Positions 17,489-28,300 of a stretch of 64,000 nucleotides of DNA are shown piece after piece. The translations under genes and the position numbers were made by a program. A model generated the notes under the pieces. The model saw nothing but the letters and a program-made list of their open reading frames with translations, searched no databases and was not told the origin of the DNA. Source of the stretch: Candidatus Woesearchaeota archaeon. Its GTDB lineage: Archaea; Nanobdellota; Nanobdellia; Woesearchaeales; WJIZ01. Location: the NCBI GenBank assembly GCA_018221205.1, contig JAAOYF010000045.1:3264-67263 (forward strand), written 5' to 3'. How positions within the stretch are numbered: the first letter of the stretch is position 1; every line of letters starts with the position of its first letter.

Positions 17489-18873
17489 AGTTCTTGGAGC
17501 TTCTCTTCCCATTCCTTGCATATGCCCTTCACTTTCTTCTCTGCTATCCCTATATAGGTTGCCGGATCCTTGAGAATGGCCAATTGCTCTTTGGTGAGTT
17601 TATTAAGATATTGCTTTAATTCTTTGTCTTCTAGGATCAGTATATGTAAAGGTGTCTTTGTCTTTTGGGACTTCAGCGTCAATGTGCGGATATATTCATG
17701 CGCATCTGGATGGTTCTGGAAGGCCAGGAGCATGTATGCGGGCTCGGCTGCGACCATATCCTTATGGAGATTGAAGTTCTTCTCCAATGCTTCTTTGTCT
17801 ACAACCAAATTAGACATCACCCTATTGAGTCTTGATGTCGATAGGTATAATCCTGCAAGAATCTCTGGAACAAATCTTGATGATGCAGAATTTGTCAAAT
17901 CTCTCTGGTGTTCTGAGATCTGGTCCATGTATACTGTCGAGATTCTCGGCATGAACTCTTTCCACATTGACTTGACATTCTCGAAATTGATAGGATTGCG
18001 TTTATGGGGCATGGTGGAGGAGCCAACTTGGTCTTTGCCGAAGGATTCAGCCACCTCATTTATCTCAGTCCTTTGCAGATGTCTCATATCGTCTGCTACA
18101 TTAGCTAAAACACCAAAAGCTGAGATGATTGCATGGATGAAATCTGCCATATACTCAGCTTCCACTACTTGGGTAGAGATAGGGGAAGGTTTTATTCCTA
18201 GCTCCTGGAGCACTTCATACTCAAACACTTCTGGGTCTTTTATGAATAATGAAGAGGCATTATATGCACCTACTGCTCCTGCTATCTTTCCTCTCAGATT
18301 ATCTGCTGATCTCTTTATCTCTTGGATCCTTCTTCCTAATCTGGAGACATATTGGGCAATGGCAAATCCGAATGTTATTGGCTCGGCATGCTGGCCATGC
18401 GTCCTTCCTATCTGCAAGGTAGATCTTTCTCTCAGTGCCAAGGCGATAAGGGTCTTCTCGAGTTCTTTGAGTTTTGGGATAAGGACCTTATTTGTGCAGT
18501 CTTTCAGTCTGGCTGCATCTGCTGAGCAGATGATATCATGGCTAGTGGCTGAGAAATGGACAAAGGGCTTTGCCTCGTCACTCACTTTGTTCCTGATTGA
18601 ATTGGCCAAGGCGCGAATATTGTGTTTGATGCGGTCTTCTTCCTCGTAGACTTCTTCAGCAGTTATCTGCCTTGAAGCATGCTCAATCTCTTCTGCGATC
18701 TTCTTTGAGCAGATTCCTTTTTTTGCCAGGATATTCACCAAAGCTGCCTCTACTTTTGCTAAATAGGTCGTGAATCCTGCTTCAGAAAGATAAGGCTGCA
18801 GAGCTTCGAATGCCTTCTTGTTCCTGCCATAATAGCGGAAATCCAAAGGTGAGATATTGTCGAAGATGTCCAT
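17485..18873 (-). CDS. purB: Adenylosuccinate lyase
   Basis: ISPLDFRY, GRTHGQHA, GSSTMPHKRNP. Confidence 0.96.
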   Translation of the reverse strand: MDIFDNISPLDFRYYGRNKKAFEALQPYLSEAGFTTYLAKVEAALVNILAKKGICSKKIAEEIEHASRQITAEEVYEEEDRIKHNIRALANSIRNKVSDEAKPFVHFSATSHDIICSADAARLKDCTNKVLIPKLKELEKTLIALALRERSTLQIGRTHGQHAEPITFGFAIAQYVSRLGRRIQEIKRSADNLRGKIAGAVGAYNASSLFIKDPEVFEYEVLQELGIKPSPISTQVVEAEYMADFIHAIISAFGVLANVADDMRHLQRTEINEVAESFGKDQVGSSTMPHKRNPINFENVKSMWKEFMPRISTVYMDQISEHQRDLTNSASSRFVPEILAGLYLSTSRLNRVMSNLVVDKEALEKNFNLHKDMVAAEPAYMLLAFQNHPDAHEYIRTLTLKSQKTKTPLHILILEDKELKQYLNKLTKEQLAILKDPATYIGIAEKKVKGICKEWEEKLQEL

Positions 18874-18910
18874 ATATGTAAGAGAAATATAAGGGTTTTA
18901 AAGCTTTGTG

Positions 18911-19465
18911 CTATCTACGATTGATCTCTATGCGAACCTTTCCTGGTTTGAAATCTCTCACTGATTTCTCAATTTCTTGGAGTAGGACCATCTCACCAAT
19001 TACTCTGTTGGCTCGATGCTCTTCGTTTGTATCAGCAGGCTCATGATAAGTCCTTATGCCTATTGTATACAATGCTTCAGGAGGTACTGTCTCATGGAGA
19101 TGTACATTCCCATCTGGATAGAACGTTGGGATTTGTAGCCCTGCTTCTTTGATTGCATCTATTGTCGTCAAAACCATGGAAAGAGAAGATTCTCTCCCAT
19201 CTTCAGACGGCCCTCCAGAATAAGAGAAAAATGAAGATGCTATTGCAGGAGAAAATAGTAATTGCCCTGTCGACCAGCAGCTGCATTGACCTCCTTCAGG
19301 GGTCAATGGCTTAAGTCCGTTGTCGGCTATTGTTTCAAGATCTTTCCCGTGCTTAATGCCGTGGAAAAGGAACATTCCTTCATTTGATTGGTCCACTAGA
19401 TTACGGATATGCGGAGCTAGATCTCCTCCGAGGTATCCTGCTACTTTTTGTGCATAATCTTCCAT
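18911..19465 (-). CDS. Putative ADP-ribosyltransferase-fold (Tpt1/KptA-like NAD-binding domain) protein
   Basis: LFHG..LETIADNGLKP..IDAIKEAG..FYPDGNVHLHETVPPEAL resembles the KptA pattern LYHGT..I..GL.P..IDA..G..F..NGVWL..VPPEYL. Confidence 0.6.
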   Translation of the reverse strand: MEDYAQKVAGYLGGDLAPHIRNLVDQSNEGMFLFHGIKHGKDLETIADNGLKPLTPEGGQCSCWSTGQLLFSPAIASSFFSYSGGPSEDGRESSLSMVLTTIDAIKEAGLQIPTFYPDGNVHLHETVPPEALYTIGIRTYHEPADTNEEHRANRVIGEMVLLQEIEKSVRDFKPGKVRIEINRR

Positions 19466-19477
19466 TTAGTTTACCTT

Positions 19478-20509
19478 TTAACGATATTCTATAGTTGTTC
19501 CGAGATGGACGCGGGCGAGGATTGCTGCAGAAGTTCCTTTGAGGATACTTCTCCTCACATCAAGAATCTGGTTTTTTTCCCTCTCTTCTGGTTGTTCAGA
19601 ACCGTGATTTTCTGAAGATGCATTAATATAGTGTATCATCTTATTTGGAACTTGCATAGGTATTTCTATGGCTCCATTAGCTCTATAGTCTCCAATTGTC
19701 ATGTGGTCGTCTTCTGAAAGCACTTGATGGCTCGCCACTGCCAGTACTGCTGTAGGATTTCCGTTATCATCATGGTAGAAATTCCTAGAAGGAGCAGTCT
19801 CCGGAGTAAAAAGCTTATCTCCTGTGTGCCATTCTGTCGGTTCATCTTCAAGAGGGAAGATTCCATCTAATCGAATGGCAATATCATAATTATGTACTGT
19901 CCTAAAGAGGAGCCTTTTTTCGTTGGCTACCCTTGTTATCTCTCTTAAAAGCAAAGGATTATTGATTCCAAAATCATAACAGACACTAAGATATTTCTCA
20001 ATAGGGAGTTCTCCATTATCTTGTACTTTGGGACGATCATATTTAGTGAACCAAAGTCCTAATTCCCTTTTTGCTGATTCTTTGGAATCAGACGAATGCA
20101 CCATGTTCTCCATTGCGCGATGCTCTAAATCTGCTAGAGCAAAACTGTCAATGGCTTTGTCTCGCCTTATTGTTCCTCTGGGATTATCAATTGGTTGTGT
20201 TTTCTCTCCAGCGAGTCTCCTGACTTGCTTAATAGCACCACCTCCTGCTATTCTTGCTACTACTACATGACTTCTCCTCATATATGACATGAGCTGATCA
20301 TAGAATTCTTCAAAAATTTCCTTACCCTTTTTTCTGAATTTCTCGAGCACTTCTTCGTAATGTTCCTCTAGTGCTCCTTTTGTCGGGTGTGTAACGAATA
20401 AGTCACCTACTTCCAGTCCGCTGCGTTGGAGCCTATCTATAATTCCGAGGGCTTCGCCTTTTTCTACTGCATCAGGCTTGATAATAAGCAGAGTCTCTTC
20501 AATTGCCAT
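19478..20509 (-). CDS. ndk: Nucleoside diphosphate kinase fused to a C-terminal ART-like domain
   Basis: ETLLIIKPDAV, GTIRRD, NMVHSSDS with catalytic His; C-terminal ~185 aa align with ORF 18911-19465. Confidence 0.85.
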   Translation of the reverse strand: MAIEETLLIIKPDAVEKGEALGIIDRLQRSGLEVGDLFVTHPTKGALEEHYEEVLEKFRKKGKEIFEEFYDQLMSYMRRSHVVVARIAGGGAIKQVRRLAGEKTQPIDNPRGTIRRDKAIDSFALADLEHRAMENMVHSSDSKESAKRELGLWFTKYDRPKVQDNGELPIEKYLSVCYDFGINNPLLLREITRVANEKRLLFRTVHNYDIAIRLDGIFPLEDEPTEWHTGDKLFTPETAPSRNFYHDDNGNPTAVLAVASHQVLSEDDHMTIGDYRANGAIEIPMQVPNKMIHYINASSENHGSEQPEEREKNQILDVRRSILKGTSAAILARVHLGTTIEYR

Positions 20510-20644
20510 ATAATGGGGAATAAAAATAGCATTTATAAAGCTTCCCTTTTTGTTACTATTATATAGTGATATATAAATTGTATAATTTATTTTATCGTCT
20601 TTCTTGCTTATTTTCAATATAGAAAATAATTAAGGCAAAAAAAA

Positions 20645-21415
20645 TTATCCTAATACTTCCAGTACTTTAGCATGAATTTTCTTGTTTGTAGCAACAACAT
20701 AGCTTGATTTTATAGGCAATTTCTTTCCTTGCTTATTCGTTACAGTACCGCCTGCTTCCTGGACAATCAGGCTTCCTGCTGCAAAGTCCCATGGATTCAG
20801 CTTAAATTCCCAATAGCCATCAAATCTGCCAGAGGCTACGTAGCAGAAATCCAATGCTGCGCTGCCTAAACGTCTGATGCCGATGATTCCTTTGTTGAAG
20901 AACTTTCTGATGTTATTCAGGGCATCTAATGCTGGCTTGCCCCGATCATAATAGAAACCAGTCACTAAGATCGATTGTTTCAAGGATGCGGCTTTTGTGA
21001 CAGAGATCCTTTTTCCATTCAGGAAAGCGCCTTTTCCTTTCTCTGCGACAAACATCTCCTTTCTTGTTGGATCAAGAATAACTCCCAGTATGATATCTCC
21101 TTTCTTCGCCAAAGCAATAGAGGTGCAGAATATAGGGATGCCATGCGCATAATTATTCGTGCCGTCCAGAGGATCGATGATCCACGTGTAAGGAGAGGGG
21201 GTCTTCTTATAGTCATGCTCTTCGCAAAGAAAGTTATGATCCGGGAAAGACTTTCGTATTATCCTCACAATCGCTTTCTCTGATTCTATATCTGCTACAG
21301 TGACTTGATCATGGTGAGAAGACTTTGTCTTTATATCTAATTCAGTACGAAAATATTTGAGATGGATCTTAGCAGCTGCTTTCGCTGCTTTTATAGCGAC
21401 CTCTTTAGGATTCAT
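20645..21415 (-). CDS. suhB: Inositol monophosphatase
   Basis: WIIDPLDGTNNY, RRLGSAALD, PWDFAAG. Confidence 0.93.
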   Translation of the reverse strand: MNPKEVAIKAAKAAAKIHLKYFRTELDIKTKSSHHDQVTVADIESEKAIVRIIRKSFPDHNFLCEEHDYKKTPSPYTWIIDPLDGTNNYAHGIPIFCTSIALAKKGDIILGVILDPTRKEMFVAEKGKGAFLNGKRISVTKAASLKQSILVTGFYYDRGKPALDALNNIRKFFNKGIIGIRRLGSAALDFCYVASGRFDGYWEFKLNPWDFAAGSLIVQEAGGTVTNKQGKKLPIKSSYVVATNKKIHAKVLEVLG

Positions 21416-22355
21416 ATTCTTTCAGATTCTCTTTTATCCGTTGAGAAACATCTGCCACTTCTGCCTTGAAGATCTCTCCTGTTACCTCTTCGTAGATCTT
21501 CATGTATTTCTGTGATACTTCTGCAATAATATCCTCAGGAATCTCTGGAATGTCTCCGTCGCCCATGAAATTCTTCTCTTTGATGAGCCACTGCCTCAGA
21601 TATTCCTTATCGAGCATCCGTTGATCTTTTCCTGCTTCGAATAATTCTTCATAGGTATCTACATACCAGTACCGAGAAGAATCTGGTGTATGTATTTCGT
21701 CTGCGAGAATCAACACTCTATTCCCATCAAGACCAAACTCATATTTGGTATCGACTAAAATCATGCCGTTTTTCAGAGAGATCTCTTGGCCGCGTTTGAA
21801 GAGTTCTAATGCTGTTTCCTTGACTTTCTGCAATAATTCTTTTTCCATTATCCCTTTCTCAACAATCTCTTTTTCAGAAATAGGTAAGTCATGACCTTCC
21901 TCTTCCTTGGTAGAAGGAGTGAATAATGGAGTATCAAACTTCTGGTCTTTTTTCATGCCTTCTGGCAAAGTGATACCGGAAACTGCATTGCCCTTCTGAT
22001 AATCTCTCCAGGCAGAACCAGTCAGATAACCACGGATGATGACTTCGATAGGGAGGATCTTCACTTTCTTTCCTACAGTCACATTGGGATCAGGTATGCT
22101 AAGAATATGGTTCTTGCAAATGTCTTTTGTCTTTTCGAACCAGAAAGCTGAGATCTGATTCAATACCTGTCCTTTGAAGGGGATGGTTGTCAGCACTTTG
22201 TCAAATGCACTTATCCTATCTGTTGTTATGAGAAAAACCTTATCTTCGCCAATATAGGTGTCCCTTACTTTTCCTTCATACTTCTTCCCTAAGGCAAGAG
22301 CTGTTCCTTTCAGTGCCAAAGGGATCTGTTTTTTTATCTGGTCTTCAGATATCAT
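21405..22355 (-). CDS. purC: SAICAR synthetase
   Basis: GKVRDTY, TDRISAFD, DTKYEFG, DEIHTPDSSRYW. Confidence 0.96.
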   Translation of the reverse strand: MISEDQIKKQIPLALKGTALALGKKYEGKVRDTYIGEDKVFLITTDRISAFDKVLTTIPFKGQVLNQISAFWFEKTKDICKNHILSIPDPNVTVGKKVKILPIEVIIRGYLTGSAWRDYQKGNAVSGITLPEGMKKDQKFDTPLFTPSTKEEEGHDLPISEKEIVEKGIMEKELLQKVKETALELFKRGQEISLKNGMILVDTKYEFGLDGNRVLILADEIHTPDSSRYWYVDTYEELFEAGKDQRMLDKEYLRQWLIKEKNFMGDGDIPEIPEDIIAEVSQKYMKIYEEVTGEIFKAEVADVSQRIKENLKEYES

Positions 22356-22795
22356 TGTGTCACCTGCTGAATAATGTCTTTGCTATGCTTTTGTCCGTTG
22401 AAATAATCTTCTACCATCTTCTTGAGACTGTTATTGCGGAATTCTGAAGCCTGCATTGCATCTATCTCTGCCTTGGAAAACCATTTCACAGCCAATATCT
22501 CGCTTGATGATGATCTTTCTTTGCCGCTGACAACATCCATTGCATAATGCATCCGGAATTTATGCTTTCCATCTTTCTGGTACTCATAGATTCCGACAAG
22601 ATATCTGATGCTGCACCGATAACCGGTCTCTTCTTCGACTTCTCTTATTGTGCCTTCCTCAACTGTTTCATTCTGATCCAGTTTTCCGGTAGGAAGATTC
22701 CATTTGCCATAGCATTTCTTCTCTGCCTCTTGGACAAGGAGAATCTTTCCATCTTTCTCCACAAATCCTGCTACGATAATCTGGAAATCAGGCAT
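22352..22795 (-). CDS. NUDIX hydrolase
   Basis: Nudix box GKLDQNETVEEGTIREVEEETG. Confidence 0.92.
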   Translation of the reverse strand: MPDFQIIVAGFVEKDGKILLVQEAEKKCYGKWNLPTGKLDQNETVEEGTIREVEEETGYRCSIRYLVGIYEYQKDGKHKFRMHYAMDVVSGKERSSSSEILAVKWFSKAEIDAMQASEFRNNSLKKMVEDYFNGQKHSKDIIQQVTQ

Positions 22796-23555
22796 TTTGC
22801 AGTTCCTTATCTGACTCGCGCACCTTTTCTGCATGCGTCTCTCTATATGCCTGGAGTTGATCATACTTCTTCATGATCTCTGCTGCTGCGATGGCTGCAT
22901 TCTCTCCCCTATTCAGGCCGACCCAGAGACCGTTCTTGGAATGCTTCAATACATTCAAGGCAGCTTCTGCAGAATCATCATCTTTATCCATAAGAGGGAC
23001 ATAGATGACCAATTCATTCGTATCGATCGCATCTTCATTCAGACTGGCAAACTTGATGTTCAGTGAGTTTGTTAGTTGATCTGACCATTCATACGGAAGG
23101 GAAAACTCATCTAAAAGTGAAGTGCATTTCTGCGCTGCCTTTGCATCCTTATCGCCGATAAGGTTGATCTTTTCTGCTCCTTTGAGGATGTGCAAGGCCA
23201 TAACAGCAGCAACGCCTGCCTTGTCCACTCCGACTCCCAAGACAGGGATGCCTGGAGGCATCTGCATGATCGAAAGAACCGCATCTAATCCTTCATAATT
23301 TGATTTTACAGGGACACCTATGACTGGACAGAGCACTTTAGAAGCGACGACTCCAGGTAGATGGGCTGCTAATCCAGCACCTGCGATAATGAGGTCATAC
23401 GGATTCTGAAGAATCTCATGGACTTCATCAGGGGTGCGATGTGCAGAGCTTATCCTTACATCATGATCGATCTTCTTTTCTTTCAATTCTTTAGAAATTT
23501 CCTTATAGATATGCTGGTCTGATTTTGAGCCGAAGATAATCAATACTTTAGGCAT
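22788..23555 (-). CDS. purE: AIR carboxylase/N5-CAIR mutase with second degenerate PurE repeat
   Basis: GSKSD, SAHRTP, AGLAAHLPG, SIMQMPPGIPV; C-terminal VGLNRGENAAIAA repeat. Confidence 0.92.
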   Translation of the reverse strand: MPKVLIIFGSKSDQHIYKEISKELKEKKIDHDVRISSAHRTPDEVHEILQNPYDLIIAGAGLAAHLPGVVASKVLCPVIGVPVKSNYEGLDAVLSIMQMPPGIPVLGVGVDKAGVAAVMALHILKGAEKINLIGDKDAKAAQKCTSLLDEFSLPYEWSDQLTNSLNIKFASLNEDAIDTNELVIYVPLMDKDDDSAEAALNVLKHSKNGLWVGLNRGENAAIAAAEIMKKYDQLQAYRETHAEKVRESDKELQNA

Positions 23556-23596
23556 TTTATCACCAAGAAAAAGCAAACAAAGTAGGTTTAAATAGT

Positions 23597-25321
23597 TTAT
23601 GACTTTCTCTGCAGGGCAGCTTTCACAAAGCCAAAGAACAAGGGAGCAGGGCTTCCTAAAGCTGATTTGAACTCTGGATGGGCCTGTGTTGCGATAAAGT
23701 AAGGATGATCTGGCAATTCAATAAATTCCATCAGTTTGGTATCGTCATCCCTGATATGGTGGCCGGAAAAGATGATGCCTCGCTGTTCCATCTTCTCAAC
23801 AAACTCTGGATTTACCTCATATCTGTGGCGATGCCTTTCAAGGACAGTATCTTCTTTAACTAACTTGCCCAACCTGAATTTGTTATTCTTATCGTGTTTC
23901 AAGCTCTCAAACTGCTCATTGTCTTTCTCGAGCCTTCCTGATTCTTTATAGAGCTTATACACCCGAGAGTTCTTCTTTAAGGTGGCTGCGTATGCACCTA
24001 GACGCATCGTGCCGCCGTAATCGCTTTTCTCTAAAATGGCCTTTTGCGTCGGTAAGATGTCAATGACCGGATGAGGGGTCTTCTTCTGATTTTCAGTTGT
24101 GTTGGCCCCTTCTAGTTTTGCGACATTCCTCGCATATTCGACAACTGCCAGCTGCATACCATAGCATAACCCCAAGTAAGGCACTTTATGCTCTCGTGCA
24201 TACTGGACAGCATTGATCTTTCCTTCCACTCCTGAAGAGCCGAAGCCTCCTGGGACCAAGATGCCGTCGAAATCTTTCAACGCTTCTTTGGTCGTCTGCT
24301 TATCGGTAAGTGTCTTCGCATCTATCCAGGAAATGTCAACACCTGCATCAATGGATGCACCTGCGTGCAGCAATGATTCGTTAACAGAGATATAGGAATC
24401 TTTGAGACTGAAATCACCGATGTCTGCATACTTGCAGATCATCGCAATCTTGACGCGATGTTTTGGTTCGGCAATCCTCTTCACTAGTTTTTTCCATTCC
24501 TTGAAATCAGGCTGTTTTTTGAGCTTGATCCTGAATTCAGAGAGTAATTTCAATCCCAGATTCTCTTTTTCCAGATCAAGAGGAATTCGGTAGATGGTGT
24601 CTATATCTGGTTCGGATATCACATATGATGAGGAGATATTTCCATACAACTCAATCTTTTTCTTCCTGATATCATCCAGCGGCTTTCTTGCCCTGCAAAT
24701 CACGAAATCCGGCAAGATACCATTCTCAGAGAGCATCCTGATAGCCTGTTGAGTCGGCTTGGATTTCATCTCCCCCATATGTCCTGGAATAGGGAAATAA
24801 CTGACCAAGAAATAGACCATGTTTTCCTTGCCAAGCTCCCTCTCTAATCTCTTCATCGCAAACAAGAACGGGACGTTCTCATGATCCCCGATCGTGCCGC
24901 CGATCTCGATGATGGCAAAATCAAAGCCTTTTGCAGATTCTTTTATCCTTCGTTCAATCTCTTGAGGGATATGAGGTATGAATTGTACGGTCTTGCCAAG
25001 GTATTCGCCTTTCCTCTCTTTATCGATGACTGTCTTATACACCTGGCCTGAAGTGATATTGTTCCTTTTTGGAATATGTATCTGTAGAAATCTTTCATAA
25101 TTCCCGAGATCCTGATCGATCTCTCCGCCGTCATCTGTTACCCAGACTTCGCCATGCTCTGTCGGGCGCATGGTGCCGGCATCATAATTAAGATAAGGAT
25201 CTATCTTGATAGCAGTAACCTTATACCCATATTCCTGAAGAATCTTGCCGATTGAAGCGGAAGTCACGCCTTTACCTACGCCGGAAATAACTCCCCCTGC
25301 AACAACGATATATTTTGTCAA
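23597..25321 (-). CDS. pyrG: CTP synthase
   Basis: GGVISGVGKG, KIDPYLN, GLCYGMQ, QAHPEF. Confidence 0.97.
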   Translation of the reverse strand: MTKYIVVAGGVISGVGKGVTSASIGKILQEYGYKVTAIKIDPYLNYDAGTMRPTEHGEVWVTDDGGEIDQDLGNYERFLQIHIPKRNNITSGQVYKTVIDKERKGEYLGKTVQFIPHIPQEIERRIKESAKGFDFAIIEIGGTIGDHENVPFLFAMKRLERELGKENMVYFLVSYFPIPGHMGEMKSKPTQQAIRMLSENGILPDFVICRARKPLDDIRKKKIELYGNISSSYVISEPDIDTIYRIPLDLEKENLGLKLLSEFRIKLKKQPDFKEWKKLVKRIAEPKHRVKIAMICKYADIGDFSLKDSYISVNESLLHAGASIDAGVDISWIDAKTLTDKQTTKEALKDFDGILVPGGFGSSGVEGKINAVQYAREHKVPYLGLCYGMQLAVVEYARNVAKLEGANTTENQKKTPHPVIDILPTQKAILEKSDYGGTMRLGAYAATLKKNSRVYKLYKESGRLEKDNEQFESLKHDKNNKFRLGKLVKEDTVLERHRHRYEVNPEFVEKMEQRGIIFSGHHIRDDDTKLMEFIELPDHPYFIATQAHPEFKSALGSPAPLFFGFVKAALQRKS

Positions 25322-28300
25322 CGATGTACCCCCTCTTCTCGATATGCTGACCAGGGCTTGACCAGCAGATCTTTCTCTTGATATTGCGAGATTGCTTGTA
25401 TAAAAAGCTTTGCAACCTGAGTATTGGTGATGAGAGGAGTATTATAATCTACTGCTGTTCTTCTGATGTAGTAATCATTTGTTACTTCTTCCCTCTCAAA
25501 ATTTTTCGGGATGTTGATGACCAGATCGATCTTGCGGTTCTTGAGATAGTCCATGACATTGGGCTTCTTGTCTTCCAAGGGCCAATAGAGGGGAGTAGTA
25601 GAAACTCCGTGCTCTTTGAGATAGGCATGTGTGCCGAATGTTGAATACAATGTATAGCCCATCTTCTTGAGCAAATGGCAGCTTTCGAGCAGGATGGCTT
25701 TTGTCTCTGGAGTTCCTGTAGAGAGGAAAATATTCTTCTTGGGAATGGTATAGCCGACTGAAAGGAATGATTTCAAGAATGCTTCATGGATATCATCACC
25801 GAAACAGGCCACCTCTCCAGTGGAAGCCATCTCCACTGACAGGATAGGATCTGAGCCTTTCAGCCGTGAGAAGGAGAATTCCGGCGCTTTTACACCGACA
25901 TAATCGAGCTCGAAAGCTGATTTCTCTATCTTCGGCAATTTCTCGTTCATGATGGCTCGAGTTGCGACATCGATGAAATTGACCTTGAATATCTTTGAGA
26001 CAAAAGGAAAGCTTCTTGATGCTCTTAAGTTGCACTCAATGACTTTGACTTGGTTTTCTTTTGCAAGGAACTGGATGTTGAAGGGGCCAGTTATGTTGAG
26101 CTTTTTTGCTATGGCTTTGGCGATATTCTTTATCCTCCTCGCAGTCTCTAAGTACAGGTATTGCGGCGGGAGAACTATTGTCGCGTCTCCGGAATGCACT
26201 CCTGCATTCTCAACATGCTCGGAGATGGCCCAGCAGACCAATTTCCCTTTAAAAGCCACTGCATCACATTCTACTTCCTTTGCGTTGTTGATGAACTTGC
26301 TGATGACAACTGGATATTCCTTTGAGACTTTTGAAGCAAGCTTAAGGAAAGCGTTCATGCTTTGATCATTGAAGGCGACTGACATGGCAGCTCCGCTGAG
26401 GACATAACTTGGCCTTATTAAAACAGGATATCCCACTCTCTTGACGAATCTCTTTGCCTCTTTTATGCTTGAGAGCTCTTTCCACTCTGGCTGGTCTATG
26501 CCGAGATCGTCCAATAATCTGGAGAATTTATGGCGGTTTTCAGCGTTGTCGATCGAATCGGGAGAGGTGCCTAAGATCGGAACCTTTCGCTCATGGAGTT
26601 TTGCTGCCAGATTATTGGGAATCTGGCCGCCCATCGAAACGATAAGGCCAAGAGGCTTTTCTTTCTCATAGATGTCTAAAACTGTTTCCAGGCTCACTTC
26701 ATCAAAGATCAGCTTGTCGCAGATGTCATAATCTGTTGAGACAGTCTCTGGATTGTAGTTGAGCATGATGGTCTTATAGCCTAATTTTCTTAATGTCAAG
26801 GCAGTGCTGACGCAGCACCAGTCAAACTCCACAGAACTGCCTATCCTGTAAGCGCCGCTGCCCAGGACCATGACCTGCTTTCCTTTATTGAACACTATAT
26901 CGTTTTCTTGTGCATTATAGGTGAGATAGAGGTAATTGGTCCGAGCAGGATATTCTGCTGCTAAAGTGTCTATCTGCTTGATGAAAGGCGTTATCTTTAA
27001 CTGAAGGCGTTTCTTTCTCACCTCATCTGGATTTGTTTTCAGTAAATGTGCAAGCTGATAGTCTGAGAAGCCGTTCTGCTTCGCTTCTTTGAGAATCTCT
27101 TTAGAAAGCTTTGATAATTTTCGTGCGCTCTTGATCTTTTTTCCCATCTTGACTATATTCCCTAACTTATGCAAGAACCATCTATCGATTTTCGACAATG
27201 CATAGATCCTATCGACAGAATAGCCCTGCTGGAATGCTTTAGCGATAGCAAAGACGCGTTCATCTGTCGGCTGCTGAAGTTCTTTCTCGAGATTCTTGAA
27301 CTTGATATCATTACAGACAAGTCCGTGCATGTCCTTTCCGAGCATCCTGATGGCTTTTTGGAGCGTCTCCTCAAAGCTTCTGCCAATAGCCATTATCTCC
27401 CCTACACTTTTCATCTCTGAGCCGATCTCTCTTTTCACTAACCTGAATTTTTCTAGGTCCCATCTCGGGATCTTTATGACAATGTAATCTAATGAGGGTT
27501 CGAAGCAGGCTTTAGTCGCTAAAGTGATGGAATTCTTGACTTCTGTCAGTGAATATCCTAATCCTAATTTTGCAGCGACAAAGGCTAATGGATAGCCTGT
27601 TGCTTTCGAAGCCAAAGCTGAACTTCTTGACAATCGTGCATTGACCTCTATGATCCTATAATCTTCTGATCTTGAATCTAGTGCATATTGGATATTGCAT
27701 TCTCCGATAATGCCGAGATGTCTGATGACCTTGATGGCGATATCTCTCAATTTATGGTATTCTTTATTCGTCAGAGTCTGTGAAGGCGCTACTACTATGC
27801 TCTCGCCAGTATGGATGCCCATGGGATCGAAGTTTTCCATGTTGCAGACCGTGATGCAGTTGTCATATTGGTCCCTCACTACTTCGTACTCAATCTCTTT
27901 CCAACCTGCGAGATATTCCTCTATCAGCACCTGCTTGACTTTTGAGAATGCCTGCTTTGCCTTTTCAGCCAACTCCTGCTCATCTATGCACATCCCTGAG
28001 CCAAGTCCTCCTAACGCGAACGCAACGCGAGTCATGACTGGATAGCCTATCTTTTTCGCTGCTTTGATCGCTTCCTTCACACTAGATGTAGCTATGCTTC
28101 TTGGTGTTTTGACCTTGATCTGATCCAATTTATCGACAAAGAGTTTTCTGTCTTCTGTCACCTCTATGGTCTTGACTGGAGTGCCAAGAACTTTCACCTT
28201 GTGTTTCCTGAGAATCCCTCTCTTGTATAGCTCAACACCGCAATTCAAGGCAGTCTGGCCGCCGAAACTCAACATGATCGAGTCTGGCTTTTCTTTCTTG

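Noticed and set aside
17570-18649. 359-aa plus-strand ORF, and similar long antisense ORFs such as 46229-46993, 30244-30855 and 37903-38517
   Set aside because: Shadow ORFs antisense to purB, dnaJ, purQ and the ATPase; no motifs.
20520-20645. Very AT-rich spacers (also about 36225-36330 and 63395-63478) as possible replication origin
   Set aside because: No ORB repeats or cdc6/orc1 nearby; best explained as promoter regions.
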